The notes beneath the pieces are model-generated. The model searched no databases, was not told where the DNA came from, and was given only the letters and a program-made list of their open reading frames with translations. A DNA stretch of 39,066 bases from Oscillospiraceae bacterium. GTDB taxonomy: Bacteria > Bacillota > Clostridia > Oscillospirales > Ruminococcaceae. The position numbers and the translations under genes are program-made. This document shows, one piece after another, positions 26,774 through 36,666 of this stretch. The DNA lies in assembly GCA_045657565.1 (NCBI GenBank), contig JAZOTI010000156.1:1-39066 (forward strand), read 5' to 3'. Every line of letters starts with the position of its first letter. Positions within the stretch are counted from its first letter, which is position 1.

Positions 26774-28024
26774 TTATTTGCCCTGTGCCATAAATGCTTC
26801 GATTTCTTCAACTGTTTTTGGAATACCTGCAGACATAACTTCAACGCCGTCCTTTGTCACAAGGAGAGTATCTTCAATTCTGATACCAATCTGTTCGTCA
26901 TCAAAGTAAAGGCCCGGTTCAAGTGTGAACATAAGGTTTTCTTCAAGCAGCAAATCGCCTTTATCCCCTACGTCGTGTGTGTTGAGACCAATGTTATGGC
27001 CTGAACCGTGGAAATAGTATTTGCTGATATCTTCAGGTTTTTCAATTTTGCCGATTTTAACAAGTTCTTCTGCCATAACCTGTTTGCTTATCTGCTGAAG
27101 TTCGCTTTTAAGCTGGCCAGGTTTTGACATGCTTTCTGCAACTTCCAGACCTTTGAGAACGATATTGTAAAGCTGTTTCTGTCTTTCTGTGAATTTGCCG
27201 TTTACAGGATATGTTCTTGAAACGTCTGCGCAGTAATAGTTCCACTGTGCACCGAGGTCAAACAGAATCATATCACCATCTTTTGTCTGTGTGTCGTTGT
27301 TTACATAGTGCATAATGCATGCATTTTTGCCTGTTGCTGCAATTGTTGTAAATGCAGGGATTTTAACATTGTAGCCTTTAAGCACAAAATCGTAATATGC
27401 TTCGATCTGACATTCTGTCATACCAGGTTTCATGTTGCTGAGAATGTTTTTAACACCTTCTTCTGTAATCTTTACAGCTTTGCGGTGGTTTTCGATTTCA
27501 AGCTGGTCTTTGATTACACGCATATCGCAGATTGTGTGGTATGCATTGTGAATATTGAGGTATGGGTAGATTTCTTTGAGGCGGTTTGCACGTTTCTGTG
27601 CTTCGTTTGGAGAATAGTTCATATCCCATCTTGCCATATCGATGTACATATCCTGAACATCATTTGCAAAAAGCATACGTGAAACAAAGCTGTCCCAGTT
27701 TTCGTTTGGCATAATTCTGTCAATGCCTGTTGCCTGTGCGATTTCTTCCTTGTCAAAACGTGTGCCCATCCAGCGGAGTTCGTGTTCATCAGGAATGTGC
27801 ATAAAAAGAACTTCGCTTACCTTGCCGTTGATTTTGGATATAACCAGAGTTGCATCAACATCATCACGGCCTGTGAGATAAACAAAGTTGCGGTATGGCT
27901 GGAACAGATAGTTTTCGTCATCTGTGGATTCAATAAGTCCGCCACTGCATACAAAATAGAATGAATTGTCTTTCATTGTTTCTGCAAAACGGGATCTTCT
28001 TGAAACTAAAAATTCTTTACTCAA
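26774..28024 (-). CDS. M24B family Xaa-Pro aminopeptidase/dipeptidase
   Basis: 416 aa with metal-ligand context DLGAQWNYYCADVSRT, HGSGHNIGLNTHD, EPGLYF and IRIEDT. The start codon is TTG (plus-strand caa at 28022-28024), 8 nt after GGAGG. Confidence 0.9.
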   Translation of the reverse strand: MSKEFLVSRRSRFAETMKDNSFYFVCSGGLIESTDDENYLFQPYRNFVYLTGRDDVDATLVISKINGKVSEVLFMHIPDEHELRWMGTRFDKEEIAQATGIDRIMPNENWDSFVSRMLFANDVQDMYIDMARWDMNYSPNEAQKRANRLKEIYPYLNIHNAYHTICDMRVIKDQLEIENHRKAVKITEEGVKNILSNMKPGMTECQIEAYYDFVLKGYNVKIPAFTTIAATGKNACIMHYVNNDTQTKDGDMILFDLGAQWNYYCADVSRTYPVNGKFTERQKQLYNIVLKGLEVAESMSKPGQLKSELQQISKQVMAEELVKIGKIEKPEDISKYYFHGSGHNIGLNTHDVGDKGDLLLEENLMFTLEPGLYFDDEQIGIRIEDTLLVTKDGVEVMSAGIPKTVEEIEAFMAQGK

Positions 28025-28267
28025 AATTTTGTCCTCCGTACAAATAATTTATTGATTATATTATATTACCTGCGGAACAAAACATCAAGAATATATTATG
28101 CTTCAATAAAAACAATTACTCCCGTCAGATATGCACTATTTACAATTAAACTAAAATTTAGTAAAATTAAATGTGTATATTTTGTGTTGATCTTCAACTT
28201 AAATACACTTTACACTATATAATATAATGTATATATAAATATATATATAGATATATCGGGAGATACA

Positions 28268-29479
28268 ATGAACAAATCCAAAAAAAATAAAAACAACTGG
28301 GTGAAGCCTCGTCATCGTTTTGTCCGAAATCTGATATACCCTTTTTTCAAGCCATATGTGCAACGCAAATACGGCATACAGATTGAAAAATTTAAAGATG
28401 ATGAAAACCGTCAGTTTCTCATTGTGATGAATCACCAGACTGCCTATGACCAGTTTTTTGTAGGCATCGCTTTTGACAAACCAGTTTACTACATAGCTAC
28501 AGAAGATATATTCTCTATGGGCTGGGTTTCCAGACTTTTAAGTTTTCTCATTGCACCTATCCCTATCAAAAAACAGACAACAGACCTCAAAGCTGTAAAG
28601 ACCTGTCTGCGTGTTGCGAAGGAAGGCGGTACAATCTGCCTTGCTCCTGAAGGAAACAGAACATACTGCGGCAGAACAGTTTACATTAAACCATCCATTG
28701 CAAAACTTGCAAAAACTCTCCGACTGCCTATTGCTGTTTTCCGCATAGAAGGCGGTTACGGTGTACAACCCCGCTGGAGCGACGATGTCCGCAAAGGCAG
28801 CATGAAAGCCTATGTTTCCCGTGTTATTGAGCCGGAGGAATACAAAGAACTTTCAGAAGATGAACTTTTTGATATTCTCAGCAAAGAACTTTATGTAGAT
28901 GAATCAGTTGTTGACGGAGAATATCACAGCAAAACCCTCGCTGAATATATTGAACGCGCAATTTATGTGTGTCCTGACTGCGGTCTCAGCGAATTTGAAA
29001 GCCACGGAGATATTTTAAACTGCAAAAAATGCGGCAAACAGGTACAGTACCTGCCTACCAAAGAACTCAAAGGTGTAGGTTTTGACTTCCCTTTCCGCTT
29101 TATAAGTCAGTGGTATGATTATCAGTGCGATTTTGTAAACAGTCTTGATGTTACTGAATTCACAAGTGATCCGCTTTATACCGAAACAGCAGATATTTCC
29201 GAAGTTATTGTTTACAAAAACAAACTGCCTTTCCGCAAAAACAGTACAATAAAACTTTACGGCGACAGAATTGAATTTGACAATGATATGATTTTGCATT
29301 TTGATGATATCAGCGTTGTTGCCGTGCTTGGCAAAAACAAAGCAAACATTTACTGGAAAGACAAAATTTATCAGCTTAAGGGCACTAAACGTTTCAACGC
29401 CCTCAAATATGTAAACCTTTACTATCGTTACAAAAACATAAAGGAAGGAAATGCAGATGGAAAATTTTTGGGATTATAG
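28268..29479 (+). CDS. PlsC-type lysophospholipid acyltransferase fused to a C-terminal zinc-ribbon-containing domain
   Basis: HX4D motif MNHQTAYD and the second acyltransferase block LAPEGNRT lie in the first 180 aa or so. An extra domain of about 200 aa carries CPDCG...CKKCG. Confidence 0.75.
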   Translation: MNKSKKNKNNWVKPRHRFVRNLIYPFFKPYVQRKYGIQIEKFKDDENRQFLIVMNHQTAYDQFFVGIAFDKPVYYIATEDIFSMGWVSRLLSFLIAPIPIKKQTTDLKAVKTCLRVAKEGGTICLAPEGNRTYCGRTVYIKPSIAKLAKTLRLPIAVFRIEGGYGVQPRWSDDVRKGSMKAYVSRVIEPEEYKELSEDELFDILSKELYVDESVVDGEYHSKTLAEYIERAIYVCPDCGLSEFESHGDILNCKKCGKQVQYLPTKELKGVGFDFPFRFISQWYDYQCDFVNSLDVTEFTSDPLYTETADISEVIVYKNKLPFRKNSTIKLYGDRIEFDNDMILHFDDISVVAVLGKNKANIYWKDKIYQLKGTKRFNALKYVNLYYRYKNIKEGNADGKFLGL

Positions 29480-30860
29480 TGTATGGGGTTCTCTCAACCT
29501 TATTGCAACACTGCTGCTCAGCCTGCTGCTTGCAAACACTTTAAAAAGAAAAATATATTTTTTACGTGTTTCGCTCATCCCTACATCGGTTCTTGGCGGC
29601 ACCATATTGTTAACCATTTCAGGACTGTACAAGCTTTTCACCGGAAACATATTTTTTGACGCAATGTTTTTCGGCGGAAACGGCATGGCAACACTGGAAA
29701 TAATAACCTATCACGCCCTTGCTCTTGGTTTTATTGCGTCTACATTCAAAACTTCTGACAACAAACTGAGCAAACACAGAAGCATTGAAATTTTCAACAC
29801 AGGTGTTACAACAGTTTCCACATATCTTGTTCAGGCTGTTTTTGGTCTTGGAATCACAATAATCGCAGCACTTATTGCAAAAGAATTCTTTGCTGCTGCA
29901 GGTCTGCTTTTGCCTTTCGGATATGGTCAGGGCACAGGCCAGGCGCTTAACTACGGCAATATTTACGAAAAACAGTTTGGTTTTGACGGCGGTAAAAGCT
30001 TCGGTCTCACCATTGCGGCTTTTGGTTTTATCAGTGCTGCATTTGGCGGTGTTATTCATCTTAATATTCTAAAAAGAAAAGGCAAAATTGACTGGAAAGG
30101 CGGAGAAGATGTTAAATCCGGCACTTTATCCAGTGAGGATGTACAAGCAAACAATGAAATCCCTATGGAGGGCAGCATTGATAAACTGACAATTCAGATT
30201 GCGTTTGTGCTTGTTGCATACCTTGTTGCATACTGCCTTATGTGTGTTCTTGGCAATTTGCTTCCTGGTATGAAATCCGTTATATTCGGGTTCAACTTCC
30301 TGCTTGGTGTTCTTTCCGCAACTGTTATCAAAACAATTGTTGGTCAGCTGAGAAAACACAAACTGATGAACAGACAGTACCTCAACAACTTCCTTATGAC
30401 AAGAACAAGCAACTTTTTCTTTGATATAATGATTGTTGCCGGCATTGCTGCCATCCGTCTTGGTATATTTAAACAGTACTGGGCAGTGCTGCTTATCCTT
30501 GGTATTGGCGGTGCATTCATTACATATTTCTATCTTGACCTTGTATGTAAAAAGCTTTTCCAAGACTATGAAAAAGAACAGTTTGTTGCAATGTATGGTA
30601 TGCTGACAGGTACAGCAAGCACAGGTGTTGTTTTGCTGAGAGAAATTGACCCTCAGTTTAAAACTCCTGTAGCCGATAATCTTGTTTTTCAGAACTTCCC
30701 TGCAATTGTGTTCGGGTTCCCAATTATGCTGCTTGCAACACTTGCACCTGTAAAACCTTATCTTACACTGGCACTTCTCTTTGCGTTCTTGGTTATTATG
30801 AACATTATCCTTTTCCGTTCATTCATTTTCAAACGCAGAAAGAAAAACACAAAAGTTTAA
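29451..30860 (+). CDS. GltS-like (ESS family) sodium-coupled symporter
   Basis: 469 aa polytopic protein. SLIPTSVLGGTILL and LPFGYGQGTGQALNYG parallel E. coli GltS (IPEPVAGGLL, LSGGHGTGAAW). The start at 29451 or 29457 overlaps the acyltransferase 3' end. Confidence 0.65.
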   Translation: MQMENFWDYSVWGSLNLIATLLLSLLLANTLKRKIYFLRVSLIPTSVLGGTILLTISGLYKLFTGNIFFDAMFFGGNGMATLEIITYHALALGFIASTFKTSDNKLSKHRSIEIFNTGVTTVSTYLVQAVFGLGITIIAALIAKEFFAAAGLLLPFGYGQGTGQALNYGNIYEKQFGFDGGKSFGLTIAAFGFISAAFGGVIHLNILKRKGKIDWKGGEDVKSGTLSSEDVQANNEIPMEGSIDKLTIQIAFVLVAYLVAYCLMCVLGNLLPGMKSVIFGFNFLLGVLSATVIKTIVGQLRKHKLMNRQYLNNFLMTRTSNFFFDIMIVAGIAAIRLGIFKQYWAVLLILGIGGAFITYFYLDLVCKKLFQDYEKEQFVAMYGMLTGTASTGVVLLREIDPQFKTPVADNLVFQNFPAIVFGFPIMLLATLAPVKPYLTLALLFAFLVIMNIILFRSFIFKRRKKNTKV

Positions 30861-30864
30861 TAAA

Positions 30865-30906
30865 AAAACAAAAGACTTTGGAAGATAAATTCCAAAGTCT
30901 TTTTAA
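30865..30906. terminator. bidirectional terminator between convergent genes
   Basis: AAAGACTTTGGA agataaat TCCAAAGTCTTT, flanked by an A-run and a T-run. Confidence 0.8.
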
Positions 30907-30911
30907 TTTGT

Positions 30912-31772
30912 TTACTGTAAATCAGGCAATATGCAATAATCACAAAGCTGAACATACATATCGCTGTATTTGTTGAGCATAAATTCCCTTGTGCTGCTTC
31001 TCACTGCAGATAGCTGATGTACATCGGACAGCGGAATTGATATTACATATTTCACGCCTTTATCAAACTCTGTCTGAAGAAGAATTGTTCCACCTGCATG
31101 CACTGCCGCCTGTCGTGCAATGTAAAGTCCAAGTCCCATTTTTTCGTGAAATTCCATATTGTTGTACGGATTTTTGGAAAAATAAGGGTCAAAAATCTTT
31201 TCGGAGATTTCCGGCTTGATACCTATGGAATTATCGCAATAGGTAAACACGCAGTTTTTATCGGTAACTTTAAGTTTTAATGAAACTTTTACATCGTCTT
31301 CCCTGCGATAATCAAAGCTGTTAAGTAATATATTGAACAGCATAAGTGAAATCAGTTTTCTGCTGCCTTTAACTATACATCCGTCTTCAATATCCATATC
31401 CAGATTTAAATATGCCGGCAAAATCATCTGCGCGCCTTCAAAAGAACTTCTAATCAGGCTTGAGAAATCAATTGTTTCTTTTTGAAACTCTTTCCCGGCA
31501 AGCAATTTTGCCGCAACAGACATATTGTTGACACTTTTCATAAGGCTGTATGATTTTTCATAGATTGAATACAGTGTATCCATTGCCTTTTCTGTGTTAT
31601 ATGTGTTTATATTTTCTGCAAGCAGTGGCAATGATGCAAATATATTTGTAACAGGTTCACGCAGCTGGAAATTCACAATGTCTATATAATCAATAACACT
31701 ATCATCCACAGCAGATTTCACATCAGTTTCTTTGTCAAAGACTCTGAGTGTTTTTTTATTCTGTTCATCCAT
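30912..31772 (-). CDS. soluble histidine-kinase-like ATPase lacking the phosphoacceptor His
   Basis: HATPase_c boxes are present: N box LFNILLNSFDY, G1 CDNSIGIKPEISEKIFDPYF, G2 GLGLYIARQAAVHAGG. An H-box-like segment reads VNFQLREPVTNIF (compare SHELRTPLTSI). No TM segment. Start trimmed to MDEQNKK (ATG at 31772) behind GGAGGTGAAAAT. Confidence 0.7.
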   Translation of the reverse strand: MDEQNKKTLRVFDKETDVKSAVDDSVIDYIDIVNFQLREPVTNIFASLPLLAENINTYNTEKAMDTLYSIYEKSYSLMKSVNNMSVAAKLLAGKEFQKETIDFSSLIRSSFEGAQMILPAYLNLDMDIEDGCIVKGSRKLISLMLFNILLNSFDYRREDDVKVSLKLKVTDKNCVFTYCDNSIGIKPEISEKIFDPYFSKNPYNNMEFHEKMGLGLYIARQAAVHAGGTILLQTEFDKGVKYVISIPLSDVHQLSAVRSSTREFMLNKYSDMYVQLCDYCILPDLQ

Positions 31773-32005
31773 ATTTTCACCTCCACAGTACATTATTTCT
31801 CTATTAATTCTATAATATAACCTTTTGTTTGTAAAGCATAAATGTATTATGTAAAAGAATTTCATTATTATGATATTATGGTGTAATTTGTCTTTTACAC
31901 TTTACTACACTTTCAAATTATTGTATAATGTAATTTGTCAGATTGAATAACACATTATGGTTTAAAAGTGCAAATTTTAGGACAATATTTAAATCTGCTA
32001 TATTA

Positions 32006-32034
32006 TTGACTTAATGCCTTTAATTAGGTATTAT
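32006..32034 (+). promoter_or_regulatory. candidate gap promoter
   Basis: TTGACT, a 17 nt spacer, then TATTAT, about 70 nt upstream of the gap ATG. Confidence 0.45.
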
Positions 32035-32045
32035 ATATCCAGTAA

Positions 32046-33122
<1,077 letters not shown>

Positions 33123-33140
33123 TTTAATTTCATACAAAAT

Positions 33141-33172
33141 AAAGCCACGGTTTCACCGTGGCTTTTGTTTTT
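33141..33172 (+). terminator. gap terminator
   Basis: AAAGCCACGG tttca CCGTGGCTTT, followed by TGTTTTT. Confidence 0.85.
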
Positions 33173-33175
33173 ATA

Positions 33176-33215
33176 AAAACAAACTGCCGTCTTTTTCAGA
33201 CAGCAGTTTTTTCAT
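33176..33215. terminator. second hairpin, likely the queT terminator (also a back-up for gap)
   Basis: AAACTGCCGTC tttttca GACAGCAGTTT (one mismatch), with T-runs on both strands. Confidence 0.6.
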
Positions 33216-33281
33216 TGTATATCGCCTTATAAAAAATCATATAAAAATTATATGATTATGCAGTGTCAACATTATATATTG

Positions 33282-33806
33282 TCAGGATAAACGCTGTTTA
33301 AGTTCCTTGTTGTTATCCACAATTTTTACCATAATCAGACCAAGACCGATACAGCTTATGGCCTGTCCTGCACCTACAGAAGCAGCCTGTGCCCAAAAAA
33401 TCACAGGGTTGAATGCACCGTTGTTGATAAGGATGCAAAGCTCCCATCCCACAACAACTGCGTTGAAAATCACAGGAGGCAATGTCGCTGCGACAGGCAT
33501 TTTTTTAATTCTTACATTTCTCAGCAAATATGTGAACACCGCTGCCAGAAAAGTTGCCATGGTCCCGAAAATCATATCCAGACCGCCAAGAATGTTTGCT
33601 CCTGTGAAAAAACCTATAAGGTTTGTGAGAAAACAGCCGATTGTAACCCCCCATATATTATTGAAAGCAAAAACGGGCAGAAGTGTCAATGCTTCACTTA
33701 CCCTTATCTGCACAGGACCATATGTAATGGCAGAAAGAGTTACACTGATAACTGTGTATATGGCGGCAATCATAGCCTGATTTGCAAGTTTGTTTGTTTT
33801 TTTCAT
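33282..33806 (-). CDS. queT: queuosine-precursor transporter QueT (ECF S-component-like)
   Basis: 174 aa. AAIYTVISVTLSAITYGPVQIRVSEALTLLPVF matches the QueT hallmark (xxQFRVSEALxLLP). Five or six TM helices. Confidence 0.8.
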   Translation of the reverse strand: MKKTNKLANQAMIAAIYTVISVTLSAITYGPVQIRVSEALTLLPVFAFNNIWGVTIGCFLTNLIGFFTGANILGGLDMIFGTMATFLAAVFTYLLRNVRIKKMPVAATLPPVIFNAVVVGWELCILINNGAFNPVIFWAQAASVGAGQAISCIGLGLIMVKIVDNNKELKQRLS

Positions 33807-33962
33807 AAATAAAACTCCTGTTTCTATATTAAGGAGCTTTTTATCTGCAAATTAAAAGTGCGGCTGAATAGCCTTCAACCGCACTTGTTTTGTTCAGTTA
33901 AAAAGCTTTATATACTGACGGGAGAAAAGCTTGAAGGCTCCCGCAGGTCATTATTTTGCAAC
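33807..33962 (-). promoter_or_regulatory. structured queT leader: candidate preQ1-responsive riboswitch (class not assignable by eye)
   Basis: The minus-sense RNA contains three elements. (1) Hairpin CUGCGGGAG/CUCCCGUCAG (33915-33946) with loop CCUUCAAGCUUUU. (2) A 13 bp terminator hairpin AAGUGCGGUUGAA ggcua UUCAGCCGCACUU followed by UUUUAAUUU (33856-33886). (3) An RBS-sequestering hairpin AAAGCUCCU...AGGAGUUUU (33810-33840). Loop-to-downstream complementarities are described in the findings. Confidence 0.5.
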
Positions 33963-33968
33963 AAAGCA

Positions 33969-33997
33969 ATATTATCACATCAAATAACAAAAATCAA
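33969..33997 (-). promoter_or_regulatory. candidate queT promoter
   Basis: The minus strand reads TTGATT, a 17 nt spacer, then TAATAT. Confidence 0.4.
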
Positions 33998-34009
33998 TAT
34001 ATTTTTACA

Positions 34010-34864
34010 CTAATTTCCAAGATACACTATACCGATACTGTGCGGACCTGCATTGATGGAAACTGCACTGCCAAGATTACATACAAGTTTAGGAGGATAC
34101 CCCATTGCTTCTGTGCAGGCAGCAACAATTTCTTCCCCTGCTTCTTTGTCTGCTGTGTAACCTATCACATAGTCTGAAAAATCAGAGTTTCTTTCTCTCA
34201 TTTTTGCAACCATGCCCGGAATAAGCAGTTTATCGCCCCTTGCTTTGAGAAGAACTTCCGTTTTGCCGTGTTTCATAAGAATAACAGGTCTCAACCCCAT
34301 AAGTTCCCCTGCAAAAGCCGCAGCAACAGAAATTCTACCGGATTTTTTCATGAATTTAAGAGAATATGTTCCCAGAATAATTTCTGTTTTTTCAAAACGG
34401 TTTTCAAGATATTCAATTACTTCACCTGCTGTTGCGCCTTCGGAAATCATTTTGTCTGCGCACATAACAGGGTAACCGTAACCTATAGAATAGCTTTTAC
34501 TGTCCAGCACTGTAATGTTCATATGGCTGTTTGGATTTTCATCGTAAAACATCTGTCGTGCCATAACTGCTGCATCATGGGTAGCGCTTGCACCTTTGTT
34601 TATGGAAACATGGATAACATCTGTCACTCCCTGCTGTGCAAGCTGGCAGTATTTTTCAAAAAAATCCACCATTGTAATATGAGCGGTTTTCGGAATTTCA
34701 TCACTGTTTTCCAGTATCCCGTAGAACTCTTCTATTGAAAAATCAACTCGCTCTTCACAGTCGCGTCCATTGATATTTATATGAAAATTCATAATTTCCA
34801 CATTGGACAGCTCTGCATTCAATGGTATATCACATGCTGAATCTGTCAAAATTCTTATTGTCAT
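34010..34864 (-). CDS. DegV family fatty-acid-binding protein
   Basis: 284 aa. The N-terminus MTIRILTDSACDIP and the overall pattern are typical of DegV. Confidence 0.88.
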   Translation of the reverse strand: MTIRILTDSACDIPLNAELSNVEIMNFHININGRDCEERVDFSIEEFYGILENSDEIPKTAHITMVDFFEKYCQLAQQGVTDVIHVSINKGASATHDAAVMARQMFYDENPNSHMNITVLDSKSYSIGYGYPVMCADKMISEGATAGEVIEYLENRFEKTEIILGTYSLKFMKKSGRISVAAAFAGELMGLRPVILMKHGKTEVLLKARGDKLLIPGMVAKMRERNSDFSDYVIGYTADKEAGEEIVAACTEAMGYPPKLVCNLGSAVSINAGPHSIGIVYLGN

Positions 34865-34870
34865 AACCTG

Positions 34871-35371
34871 TTACTCCCAATTGTATTTTGTAAGATTGCC
34901 CTGAAATTCAAAGCCTTCAAAATCCCATTGCCTGAGAATTTCGTATGTAGCTATTGCCACTGTATTTGATAAATTTAAACTGCGTATATTGGAAAGCATC
35001 GGCATTCTTACACAGGTATCAGGATTATTGTATAAAATATCCTCATCTATGCCTTTATCTTCCCTGCCAAACACAATAAATACATTGTCTTCATATTTAA
35101 CATCTGTATATCTGTGCTGTGCCTTTGTTGTAAAATAATAAAATTTACCATCCTGATTTTTATTGAAAAAATCTTCGGTGCTATCATAATATGATACACC
35201 CAATTTATCCCAATAGTCAAGACCTGCGCGTTTGAGCTTTTTGTCTTCAATTACAAACCCCATAGGTCCCACAAGATGCAGATGTGCACCTGTTGCAGCA
35301 CACGTACGTGCAATATTGCCGGTATTCTGTGGTATCTGCGGCTGCAGAAGCACAATATTTATAGTTTTCAT
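34871..35371 (-). CDS. trmL: tRNA (cytidine/uridine-2'-O-)-methyltransferase TrmL (SpoU family)
   Basis: INIVLLQPQIPQNTGNIARTCAATGAHLHLVGPMGF...KRAGLDYW and the C-terminal SLNLSNTVAIATYE (SPOUT knot). Confidence 0.88.
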   Translation of the reverse strand: MKTINIVLLQPQIPQNTGNIARTCAATGAHLHLVGPMGFVIEDKKLKRAGLDYWDKLGVSYYDSTEDFFNKNQDGKFYYFTTKAQHRYTDVKYEDNVFIVFGREDKGIDEDILYNNPDTCVRMPMLSNIRSLNLSNTVAIATYEILRQWDFEGFEFQGNLTKYNWE

Positions 35372-35380
35372 CGTTTATTC

Positions 35381-36211
35381 CTAACCTAAAAGATATTTCA
35401 AATTGTTTTCCAGATCCACACCGAACCTTGTGTCCACTGTGTCATCAGTATATGTGTTTTTCACACACAGTTCAACAAATCGGCAGGCTTTTTCCACCGC
35501 TGTCACAAGATCTGTGCCCTGTATTGTATTGGCTGTCATTACCGCGCCAAACAAATCCCCTGTACCTGGGAAATGTACAGGTATATAGTTGCATTTCACC
35601 TGTTTTACTTCAGGGAGATTTTTTTGTGCAACATAGCAGTTTACTTCTCCTTCTGTTGTTTTTACCCCTGTTATAACCACAGAACAGTCATATTTATCCT
35701 TCAGCAATTTCGCTATATCTGCAACCTGCTGTGCTGTATAATCTGTCTGTGTATAATCCTTTTCCAGCAAAATTGCTGCTTCGGTAATATTTGGTGTAAT
35801 AATATCAGCATCGCAGCAAAGCTGCTTTATTCCTTCTGCAATTTCAGGTGTTATTGAAGAATAAAACCTACCGTTATCCGCCATGACAGGATCACAGATT
35901 TTAACAGAATTTCCGGCGTATTCAAATGCCTGTTTTACAAGCTGTACCTGCTGAACGCTTGCAATAAACCCGCTCAAAACACAGTCAAACTGCACACCTA
36001 TACGTCTGAATTCATTCAGACTGTCAAAGCAGAAACCGGTGAGGTCCTGTCTGGCAACATTTCCAAAACCACCATAATGGCTGGAAAGCACAGTTGTTGG
36101 CATTGGTATGCACTGTATTCCCATTACGCTGAGCACGGGAGATATAACTGTGAGACTGCATCTGCCTACGCTTGACATATCCTGAATACACAAAGTTTTT
36201 TTACTGCTCAT
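35381..36211 (-). CDS. pdxK: pyridoxal/pyridoxamine kinase
   Basis: LCIQDMSSVGRCSLTVISPVLSVMGIQCIPMPTTVLSSHYGGF and GTGDLFGAVM (ribokinase-fold anion hole). Confidence 0.82.
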   Translation of the reverse strand: MSSKKTLCIQDMSSVGRCSLTVISPVLSVMGIQCIPMPTTVLSSHYGGFGNVARQDLTGFCFDSLNEFRRIGVQFDCVLSGFIASVQQVQLVKQAFEYAGNSVKICDPVMADNGRFYSSITPEIAEGIKQLCCDADIITPNITEAAILLEKDYTQTDYTAQQVADIAKLLKDKYDCSVVITGVKTTEGEVNCYVAQKNLPEVKQVKCNYIPVHFPGTGDLFGAVMTANTIQGTDLVTAVEKACRFVELCVKNTYTDDTVDTRFGVDLENNLKYLLG

Positions 36212-36370
36212 ATTTCACTTTCCTGTCACAAATCGCTTTCTGAATAATTATTATATAACATAATTATGTTAAAATTTTAAAAATTCAAATATTTCCTCAA
36301 TGTATATCTTATCACATACAGCGCAGACTATCAATTACAAGTTGATATTTTCAAGGTAAAGGAGATTATT

Positions 36371-36562
36371 ATGGAAATCAAAGGTATGGGCATCGTGCGC
36401 ACAGCAATATTGGGCATGGCTGTAGGCAGCGCACTGACAGCAGGTGCAATGTATGTAAACGAAAACAGATGTACAGCACAGAAAGCAATGCAGAAAGCGA
36501 AAGAAAGCAAAAGAATTATCACCCGTGCAGGTGAAAATATTATAAAGGAAATCACAGATTAA
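36371..36562 (+). CDS. small hypothetical protein with one hydrophobic helix
   Basis: 63 aa. Strong RBS aaggagattatt precedes the ATG and a terminator follows. The antisense ORF 36331-36555 has neither. Confidence 0.55.
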   Translation: MEIKGMGIVRTAILGMAVGSALTAGAMYVNENRCTAQKAMQKAKESKRIITRAGENIIKEITD

Positions 36563-36570
36563 GCGCGATT

Positions 36571-36600
36571 ACAGCCTCTGGCAAACAGGGGCTGTTTTTT
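36571..36600 (+). terminator. rho-independent terminator
   Basis: ACAGCCTCTG gcaaa CAGGGGCTGT, followed by TTTTTT. Confidence 0.8.
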
Positions 36601-36666
36601 GATATTTGTGTAAAACTGTACTGATAATCATTATATACGAATAATAATATTTCAGGTGGTGTTATT

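Noticed and set aside
28199-28435. 78 aa minus-strand ORF, and the TA-rich run (about 28215-28257) considered as a possible phase-variable microsatellite.
   Set aside because: The ORF ends in translated TA-repeat (YIYIYIYI) and overlaps the acyltransferase start. The TA-rich tract is irregular (tatatataaatatatatatagatatat) rather than a perfect tandem repeat. It most simply reads as AT-rich promoter DNA between divergent genes.
36331-36555. 74 aa minus-strand ORF overlapping the 63 aa plus-strand small gene.
   Set aside because: Only the plus-strand ORF has a strong RBS (aaggagattatt-ATG) and a downstream terminator.
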